DNA from: Tubiluchus corallicola
Lineage: Eukaryota > Animalia > Priapulida
DNA: 64,000 nt
Assembly: GCA_030141605.1 (NCBI GenBank)
Contig: JAQGDQ010000114.1
Span: forward strand, 1-64,000
Direction of reading: 5' to 3'
Below the pieces are notes generated by a model that had not been told where the DNA came from, made no database searches, and saw only the letters and a list, made by a program, of their open reading frames with translations. Below are positions 40,721 to 64,000 of the stretch, piece by piece. Both the position numbers and the translations under genes were made by a program. Each line of letters opens with the position of its first letter. The first letter of the stretch is position 1.

Positions 40721-43334
40721 GATACAGAAGTGTTAGTTCACTTGTGAATATGAGTAGCGTCAAACAGGGTATCACTGATCGACTGGTCGGTGCTCCGAAT
40801 TAAGTTTCTGGTAGCATTGCATTTACACGATGAAATTAAGTTATAATTTCGAATAATTTACATCAGAGTATCTTACAAACATCTAAAACAGATATCGTGT
40901 TACATTATATAAGCAAACAAAAAAAAAACAGATGAAAAATGTCCATAAAACTTTTTTCAGGTATTACAAGCAAAGGTCAAAGTCATAAGAAAACTGCAGA
41001 GTAGGAATAAACATCATGAAAAGCGGGAGCAGGCCAAGTTGCAGGGAGAATATACTTAAATATTATTGAAAGATGAATATCTAGCTCTGAATGTTCGTAG
41101 GGTATCTAATGTTTTCTGAAGCAGAACATTTCAGCACGGGGATAAGTAGAAATTAGATTAGTTGCATGGATCACTATCCATACATATACGCATTTGTAGT
41201 AGAATGGCAGGTATTTCGATTTTTCATTTGATGAAAGGCAATCATTTTTATGATCCAAGAACATCCATTAACACAAAACAAATTTTGGAGACATCAGTAA
41301 GATACACTGATGATTGTGAACTATACTCTAACCTCTTCTATTCCCTGATCCACTCAGTATTGCAAAGGCTGTACGTGTGAGACACAGTAGGCTTGCACAG
41401 TAAGTTTTTAGAGCAGAACAGACTCATTACTAATATTTCGATGTAGTAAGTTGTCACACTATAGGTTAATTTTTTGCACCTCTCTGATCAAAAAGTTATG
41501 CTACTTATTCATGGGTGGTATAAGTGCAGTTGGGCATTTTTATGCTCATTATTTTTCGAGGGATTATTTTTAAGTTGTGAATAAATTCAAATATGGTCAT
41601 AAAGCGAATTACAGTAGGAGATTTGTATTTTACTGGATTTTATAAATTTGTAAAAAAAGATCCCAGAAATACTAAAAGGTACAAATGGAAAATGTGGGTG
41701 AATGAATAGTTGTGGTATTAATGATGTAGTGGAAACTGCAGAAAAGTACAGCATAGATGTGGAAATGTGAACACTATAAAAAAACCATTGATACACTACC
41801 AGGAAAAGACAACAAAAGGAAAATTGGATGTTCAGTAAAAATGTGCAAGAAGCTGCAGGAATAGAACCAAATTATGATTGTTAAAATATACCTTTGGTGG
41901 AGATGGCAAAATTACACGGGCCATATCTTATAAGCTCTTGTTTTTAAACATGGTATACATGTTATTAGTTAAAGTGGGAAACGTTGATAAATCGAGATAA
42001 ATCGAGATTAACTTGGAAAAAGCGTTAACCCAGAAATATTGCACAGAATTTTAATTATTACTACAGAAAAAGGCATTTTCATTATCCAAGATAAAAAATT
42101 TACTATCTGTTTATTCATTAACAAGTTCTGGTAGTGAGTTCATATTATGTTTTACTATTTAAAGTTTATTTTTGTACATTTAAAAATATACAAAACTTAA
42201 CTTTATATCTACCTTAATTTTAAAGCAAGTAATTGAATTATTTTTGTTGTTATGGGAAAGAGGGGTTATTGACGCTATTAGTGGCTCTTGGTGCTGTAGA
42301 GAATGAAGGCAGTTGTGCTAATTACAGCAACGATGATTGGTGGCGATTATAATGGCAGTAGTAACTGCATCGTGTGGCATTGCTTCCTCCCGCCGATGCT
42401 GCTTGCTGCAGGCATAATTATTTTTGTGGTTTGTTGATTTGTGTTGTTAATATGATGCCAATGAAAATGTCACTGTGATGTTGTCATTGTTGTTGCTACT
42501 GCTGCATTCCTATAGCTGCTTCATTCTCTGACACCATGCAACTATGTTAGGACTCGTTTTCCTATACATACATTATATATACATGTATATATACAATTAA
42601 AAAGAATGACGTTAATGACGAGATAATTAAAATAACAACAGCAACCTTTAGGACTCCGTTAATTAAAATAAGAACATTATCAGGCACCTTTAAGACTCAT
42701 TATACATGCATACATATGAAAGAAATCTTTAAGAGTATATATTTGAATTATGAGTCGTAAATTTGTTGGTTAATGTTGTTATTTTTAATTATCATGTCGT
42801 TAAAATTGTCTTTTTAATTATATATTTTGTCTTTGAAACGTGGCGACCGGCAGAAAGCAAAACATATTCTTTTCCATTTGTGCTATTGTTCCTATACTTT
42901 TTAACCGTGCTATTCTTTCCTGCGCCATTCATACATATTTTTTATTTGTACCATTTTTTCCTGTGTCATTTTTTGTGTTGCAGATTTTAAATGCCGCACT
43001 GGCGTTTTATGTATAGCCATTAGCCACAAAACCCCAGCGAATCAGCCACACACATTAAAATCTATGGCTATAGCCAAGTTGCAGTTTTGCGCAAGCGGAC
43101 GCACCGGGGAGTATGGCATCAAATTATCACTGATGCTGTGTTGAATAACTGAAGCACCTAAGATGAATTAATCATGATTTACTTTTTTTCTGGATTAAGC
43201 GTTTTTAAGTTGAGTGTTGATACTGATATATAAGTGTTATATTTTTACGATTGCAACCGCGCAAACAAAGAATTTTCACGGAGTTATGCTCAGCTTCGTT
43301 CATTGACTCATCGCGAGAAGTGATCGGTAGCGGT

Positions 43335-46300
43335 ATGGGCATAAACGTCGTCACTCTTTTTGAAAGGCAAGATCTCATAAACCAGTTGGCAGATTTATTA
43401 AACAGTCAGTGGAGACGATCTAAGGCTGCCAGGTTTTTACATTTCACATGTTTATTTGTGTTTGCTTTACTGAGGGTACATTTAAAAATGATTAAATTTT
43501 AAGGTTACGCTTTGCTATTCTGTTGCCAACAAAATAGCATTTCCCCTAAGTGTTATTTAAAAGTATTTTGCTGTTAAACAACACTTGAATTATTTTGCTT
43601 CGAGTATGTTATTGTCTTTGTATTGTATCGTACTTCGAACAGAAGATACTTTGGCCATATAATTGACATAGCGTTCTTGTACACTATGGTTGATTGTCTT
43701 TTAAAGTATCACTGAAATAACTGTTGCATAAACTTGTGTGGGCAGCTTGCGCACAAAAAATTAAGCAAACTAATCTAAAGAGACTTTGGGTTGACCTAGA
43801 ATGACCGGAAAAGGTTGATAATATTAACATCCAATTGTAATAATTATATAAATTATGTATGTATAAAATCCAACAATGCAGTCTGATTAATATCGGCAAT
43901 TTGTTCCAAGTTGAACGTTTTATTACCTAACACATTACCTATTCTGGGGTCACAGGAAAGTACTATTGTATTATTATTATTAATAATTTCTACTACTACT
44001 ACTATTGCATTGCCTTCATTAGTACTGTACATGGAATCAACTTCTAAATATTTCATGTATAATCGCATAACTAAAAATCGTCATATTAATGGCAGCTCAA
44101 TACGAATGCCCAAGACTTGGCTCTTTGTCACAGTTAGTGTGAATTCTTCTGCTAATTATATTATCCAAGTAATGCATTATGAGTGTTCTTAGGGCAAAGT
44201 GCTTTCATGTAAGGGAAATATGGTGTTCACAGACATTATGCATACTTAAATGTTTAGTTCATAATTTCATTTTTTACAGAGTTAATAGCCTAGAGAAATC
44301 GTTGGGATCATTTCCTGTTTCACTGATTCTGCTTGATTGTGGATTGAATGGAAAAGAAGAAGTGATAGGACATAGTAGGATATGTATGGTTCTTGATAAG
44401 AATAATGCTTGTTGGGTAGAATCAGGTTAGTAATTTGTGTTTCTGCTAATTATTCAAAAACTTGTTCAGTGAACTACTAGTTTTACTTTGACTTTCTAAA
44501 AGACAAATGATGTTTTTTTTACAGTTTGGCAGTATTATATTGAATTTAGCACTCATCATCTGGACTTACTCATTATACGTGGGTGTTATAGGATTGAAAT
44601 CAATCTCATTATCTAGGATGCTTCTCTTAGGTGAGATGCTAAGTGGCATATGGTCTCGGCTCACATTCACATAGTGCATGCAATTCGCCTCCACACGGCA
44701 ATTATCCATGGACAGTATGGGCAGATGGCACTGTTCAAAATTGGTGGTTACCCATTCATTTATCCACATTGCTCGATGTTGCATATCATCAGGCACTAAC
44801 TTCCTCACCCCACTATGTAAACACAATAACTACTCAGTTATCAGCTTGCCTTCCTCATCATACGAAACTGCTTTTAAATGTACTTGGTTCACACTTTATA
44901 GCTATAATCAACTTGGTTGGTATGCTGTATGAGTGGTATCTTTTTTGCTTTTAGTTGTCGTGAAAAGAAGCTTAAGAGGAAAAGGCTTCGGAAGGTTAAT
45001 TATGAAACACACGGAAGAATATGCAAGAAGGTACTGTTTTAAACATGTAATTAGTGAACAACTTAATTAATTTCATTGTAATCTCCTGAAATTTTTGCAC
45101 ATTTTGGTAAAAACGGCAACGTCATATGATATGTGGTTTTGGAGTTAAGCACAGTTAAACGGCAACACTACACAGTGCACAAGCTGGTAGGAATACACCA
45201 TGCATTCATAGACACATCATTATGTGGCATTATTGAGTTGCTAGTCAATGAGTTGTAATCAAAGGGGTGATTTCTTCTTAAAATAGCAAAACTTGTATAA
45301 ATTATACTTTATAAATGCATTCTTAGACAGTTATCACTCTCAGTTTGTATCAACACTATGTATAAACAGTTGCTTTTGGGCGTCTAGTTTAACTAGAACA
45401 AATGAAAATGTGTTAAAGCAGCGATTTACCGATTTAACCATTAATTTATAATTTTATTGTAATGCACATGCTTACATTAAAATTCTAATTAAGTAGTAAC
45501 CTACAGAGCTGAAACTTGGTACCCTGACGGAGTTTTTAATATGATACAGTCAAGAATGTAGATAGCGCTGCTTCTCAAATATAACCAGAACCTGTCAGTG
45601 GATCCCTTTGATGGATTTCCTCTTTAAATGGGTCACGTGTGAAGCCAATTCTTCAAAATGAAAGCCTATGTAAGTTTACATTTCAATGAAGGAGTAAATT
45701 TATAATTAAATTGACATGTGGGTTTTGGTAAATGAGTTTTACTTGAAAAAAACAGCCTCATTTTAGGATTTTCTACAAGCAGCCTGCCACATCTCTAAAA
45801 TGAATGCTCACGTGGGTTTCAGTAAGTTGGTAGGTCTGCTCTTATGTATTATTCTCTCATCGAATATTTAGGCAGAAAATAGAAATAAAAGACCAATATC
45901 CTTTTCAGGTTGCCTTGGCATTGTATGAAGAGGCTCCTTCTATGGCAACCAAAATGCAACAAGTTTAAGCTTTAAAGCGATACTGAACTGTAAAACATCA
46001 TAAGTTCAGATCATGTGCTGTGTCTTATAAAGCGATTTCATAAAAAATTTTCGAACGATATATTTCACAAACTCCGAAAGGTTAATTTTTATATTAAAAA
46101 TTTCCACTCACCCTGTGATCAGCTGTCGCAAGTGCTATGTCGCACTGTGCGTAAGCTATGATGTCATTTCGTCCTCGCGCATTTGGCCTGCTCAATGCTA
46201 GTATACGCAGAGAACAGGGATAGTTTCTCACTGTTTATAGGAAACAATGTCTAAGCTGACTGCTAAAAATTGATACATACAGTAAATAGCAGGAGCACAG

Positions 46301-48425
46301 AAAGAAATAGAATAATTTTTACTAATTTTTAGACAGTGGAGCTGTAGAGCTTTGATTTTCTCTGCTGGGATTCCCATCTTAGCTGTTAACTTTTAGCCTC
46401 TAACAACATTTGTACAGATTTTTTGTAATGTAAAAATGTAAACAAATTGCTCCTTTCATGCAAATCTCTGTATTTAGCTGCATGTATTAGGTGAAATTCA
46501 TCAAGCCATTTATGCGAGAACTAGCTTGTAAGGACTGCACCAACCAATGTAGCACTGTTGTTCTTCTTTGAGATGATAGCATATAGGGAAGCTCTTTGCG
46601 TCCCTTCATGTAGCTACTTCTTGAAATGTACGAACCCGGCAAATTATTAGACTGACTATGGCGTTCATACTGTCGACACTATCATCAAACCAAGCGAGTA
46701 CAGAACGTGACGAGGCACTCGGTAATTGCAGAACTGGTCCTCATGCTACGTCTATACATTGGTGTATCTTTTCCCAAGATTCAATCGTTAATTTAAAAAC
46801 AACACTACTGCTGTTCCAGTGCTACAGCAAGTACAGACCACACTTTGTGCCATACACTTTTCAAAATTGACATCTATTCTCAGCATACAAGAACTGTAAT
46901 CCTAGCAAGTGCCACAGGCACGTATTAACTTTCAACGTACTTGCTAATGAGGACTTTGAGAACTGCGGTTTTTGAAGAACCAACTGAGACGTGTTGTAAA
47001 CAAGCTACAACTACCGGCGATGATGAAAGAAACCCCTCGTACTGCACAGTGGTTCAGTCGGTTCCATGCCATAGCAGGTTCCATTCTGTGTTGGTTCGGT
47101 GCTGTACTGCTGCCGATCTAAGATTGCAGGTTCAAATCCACTGGTGCAGCTTAGGACTACTGCCCCCCCCTCCCCAGTGTGACATTGAGCAGATGGTGCT
47201 TATACGCTTGACACGGCATACTTGTAAAGAAAACATAGACAAAGCAATAGTAAAAGTGAAATCATAGAATTGAGTAACTCGCCAGATATATAATCCGTTG
47301 TGTTCCATGCTGGCTGTCATTATGGAGTAGGTGCTGAGGTGGAAAATGCACCTGCCCGTCAGCCCACGAACCGACAAGGCCATTCCATTGCAACGGTTTT
47401 ATATCTGGTATTCAACACCACTATGCAATTGCTTAGTATGGAAGATTCCCTCACAATGTAGAGGGGTGGGTAGAAAATAAATGGCATAATGGAATTTTGC
47501 CTCCATAACAGTATTTTGGCATTGTAAATTATAAAACTGATAGTGACATTATCAAATTCGCTAAAGTCGGCTAAACTACTGAGTAAAACATTGAAAATAG
47601 ATTTTTGTTAAACTAAAACGCTGGTGAAGCTTATAAAGAAGTTTCTTATAGGAAATGATTTAACGAGATATGTTTATATATTTATCTACACATGCTGGTA
47701 AAGCTTACAAAGAAATTTTTTTTATAGGAAAGGATTTAATGAGATATATCTATCTACACATGATAAGCAGAAGTTCTATTCCCATCTTGGGTACAAATTT
47801 TGTGAACCTGTTGTAACTCTAGGAGGAGCCTCACATCTAATTAGTAGTGAAAAGGTAAAAATACTTTTAGATGATAAAACACATTTATATGATGACATTG
47901 TTGCGGCTGTATTCCGATGCTTTTCAAAAAAGTTAAATTTATTTAAGATTTTTTTTGTAGTTGCATGATTCAAGCTGTTAAATAGATTGTTTCCTTTAGT
48001 CCATTGTTAATGTTATTTATGCGAATGTGTGTTTCATTGTTTTTCTTCTTTCTATAAATTCATTCTTTCAGTTTCGACATCTACGGGCATCTCTTACTAA
48101 AAGTGTTAGGAACTCTGAAGAGCTAAATGATAATCGAGTATATGGCAGCAGGTATTTAGACTTGGAGAACACAGCTTCTGAGACTGATGCTTTGCAGCAA
48201 CTGAAAAGTACAGTTTCTCATACGTCAGGGAATTCATCTAGTCAATGTAATGCATACAGTACAAATATAAATTCTAGTCTGCCATCACATGTCATTCACG
48301 TGTCATCTAAGTCTGCTTCTACAGTTATTCCTCCTATACCTCCACCTCCTCCTATCCCGTTGCCCAAACCCAACAAACAGACTGCACAAGATGTGGTGTC
48401 TTTTATGATGAAGAGCTTGAGATAG
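43335..48425 (+). CDS. NAA80: Actin N-terminal acetyltransferase NAA80 (NAT6/NatH), 5 coding exons, ~266 aa
   Basis: Exons 43335-43432, 44280-44425, 44955-45030, 47728-47854 and 48072-48425 join in frame. Motifs are ADLLNSQWRRSKAAR, FPVSLIL, VIGHSR, the GNAT acetyl-CoA motif VVVKRSLRGKGFGR, YLSTHDKQKFYSHLGY, a poly-proline loop and a C-terminal FMMKSL. Confidence 0.93.
47620..47761 (+). repeat. ~75-bp tandem duplication spanning the NAA80 exon-4 splice acceptor
   Basis: GCTGGT.AAGCTTA.AAAGAA.TTT.TTATAGGAAA.GATTTAA.GAGATAT..TATCTACACAT occurs twice. Confidence 0.9.
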
Positions 48426-50517
48426 TGTTTCCAGAAAACTGCAGTTTGGTAAATTTGATGCCAATGGTGGTGCTTTAACTGCTTTTAGGATTTTTTGTTT
48501 TGTATTTTTAGATGTATTTTTTGAATCCTTCTTAATATTAAGCAAGGTACAAAATGATTTTTTTAAGATTATAATACCATAAATCCTCAAATGGCAAAGA
48601 CTACCAATTTCAGTTAAGGTCAGAGTGAAAATGATCCAATTGTTTAGGAATGGGCTACAGCAGCATACAACTGTAAATAATTACATAAATAAAATGTTTT
48701 GTGCATTTAAATTTTAATCCTTGTTTTTATACTAAATATAAAAGAGTTCACATTAAACCCGTTGACTCCCGTATACAATAGGGGAGCGAGTGCAATAAGT
48801 GATGAGATAACAGATTACGCATTTTTACATATAAAGTTCCTGATTTGATCACGCTTTGAATATGCAGTTTAGTCAGCCACCACATATCAGTAGCACTGGT
48901 CTGTTATTTTCACATTAAAATATTGAAGTTCTGTTCTTGAACCTGTGATTGACATAGATGGCTTCTGCTTTTAGGGCTTCATATATTACAAATAACATTA
49001 CTGTTCATTAGTATACAATAGGAATACACAGCAGTTTTCTTGTAAGTTAACATTAATTTTGAATAGAATTTGTGCTTTCGCAGCTTTTCCTGCTGCACAT
49101 TAAATTTGCTGGAAACTTCTTAAAAAAACAATTAGCATCTGCTCTTCTTTGTGGCGTATGGTATTACTTTAAATGCCAACAGTTGCTCGACCATTACACG
49201 ATCTCGCGTAACGTTACCTTGCAACTCTATGAAAAAGTGATTGTACTGGCAGTATAGCGATGACCACAATGTCTTGTTTGCTCAGGCGTGTAAATAGAAA
49301 CTTATGTAGCACATCAGTTCTACTCAGCTTTCAGCAGATGCGTGGTTAATTCTTTTCTGTTGTGCGTATAGGGCATCTTTTTTAGTTGAATGTTAAAAGA
49401 GGCCTGATTGCCCTGTTAATATTCATTTATCGGTATTCTAGAATTTACAATCTATTCTATACATGGTGTGTGTAATTTTATTCACAGTTTTACATTATAA
49501 GCAGAACTACAAAGACCCTTGCCACTTGTCATATATTGCACCATAATGTATTTTCACCAAAAAACATTCTCAAGTAAAGTGAACTGACAGTTGTGGGGAT
49601 AATAATGTGAATTGCTATAAATATGGAAGCATCAGCATGATGTACAATTTCAAACTTTCAATAAAGATATTGCTAACAAAGTAGCTGAAAAACTAAAAAT
49701 TCATGGAAATATATTACAATAGTCATAATAAGACATTTTCTTCAACCTTTTTTTGCTACTGGACAGTACAGCATAGATAATTGATAAAGGCTGTTTTGTG
49801 CAAAAACGTTTTATCAAAGACCCATAGCTTGAACATTTTAACATAGTAACAAGATAGTATATCTCACAAAAGAACAATTTTGAAAATATAATTCATATAA
49901 AATCGGGCTAGTAGATGTTTAATTTACACATGAATAAAAAAACATCACCGTACTATTACTTCATTAAATTATTTCTGATCCATAATGAAAGAAATGACAA
50001 AAACAAGTCATACAAACTGTATTGAAGTTAAATATTTCTATGGCTTTTCCTGTCAAATCTTCTGTAATAATAATTATTAAGTTCTGTCAGTTTCAATAGA
50101 CAATGTGCATACGTGAAACGGCAAAAGATATTTCCTATGCAATGCGTAGTAAGATTAATTTAAAATCAAAACAACAAATAACCACTAGTAGTCGAGCCAC
50201 ATACAACATATTATCCTCATTTTAAGGCACTTTAAACTCAGTTATTACAAATTTAATCACAATTATGATTACTAACTGGATGGTTGCACTAAAGTCAAAC
50301 AAATACAAATTTACAGAGAAGGTAACCACTTTCTTGTATGTGACTCTAATAAAACCTTAGTTTAATAAGCAATTGTATTCCACAGCTTCCATAATTTCAT
50401 GGTCTTTCATTGCCACAATACTTTGCAGTAACAGCTGCACAAACACAACGATCATATTTCCATATGGTTTTTATAACAAACCATGACGTGTTTAATCTAG
50501 ATCCATCAGTCTATTTT

Positions 50518-63926
<13,409 letters not shown>

Positions 63927-64000
63927 CTGCAAAAGATAATTAAAGTTATGAAACAGCAAATGTTTAAATTTTAGTAATGTGCTTCTGAATTTAACAAGTG

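Noticed and set aside
40750-41400. Possible plus-strand small gene or C/D snoRNA (TGATGA...CTGA)
   Set aside because: Frames are short and full of stops, with no terminal stem or recognisable rRNA guide.
44566-47383. Several 70-110-aa ORFs within NAA80 introns
   Set aside because: They have no domain motifs, and the context looks like decayed repeats.

Overview
AT-rich eukaryotic genomic DNA from an animal, most likely an invertebrate, with spliceosomal introns, microsatellites and TE debris. From left to right: a ~1.4-kb near-perfect inverted repeat (1-1425 / 11028-12452) encloses a decayed FN3/cytokine-receptor-like sequence and a His/Pro/Tyr-rich repeat protein that is probably secreted. 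A 5'-truncated LINE follows, then intronless CSDE1/UNR and SETD9 in tandem (+). Next are a 12-coding-exon COQ8 (ADCK3/4) gene (-) with a same-strand intronless GPCR in one intron, a 5-exon NAA80 (+), and the 3' part of an EML/EMAP gene (-) that has a U12-type intron and candidate microexons. The most interesting signal is a 58-aa mitoregulin (MTLN)-like ORF missed by the ORF track (39795-39971, -). Its exon has a splice donor just after the stop codon and can splice onto the first coding exon of COQ8, which suggests a bicistronic MTLN-COQ8 mRNA. All gene identities come from recalled motifs and hand translation; no database search was run.
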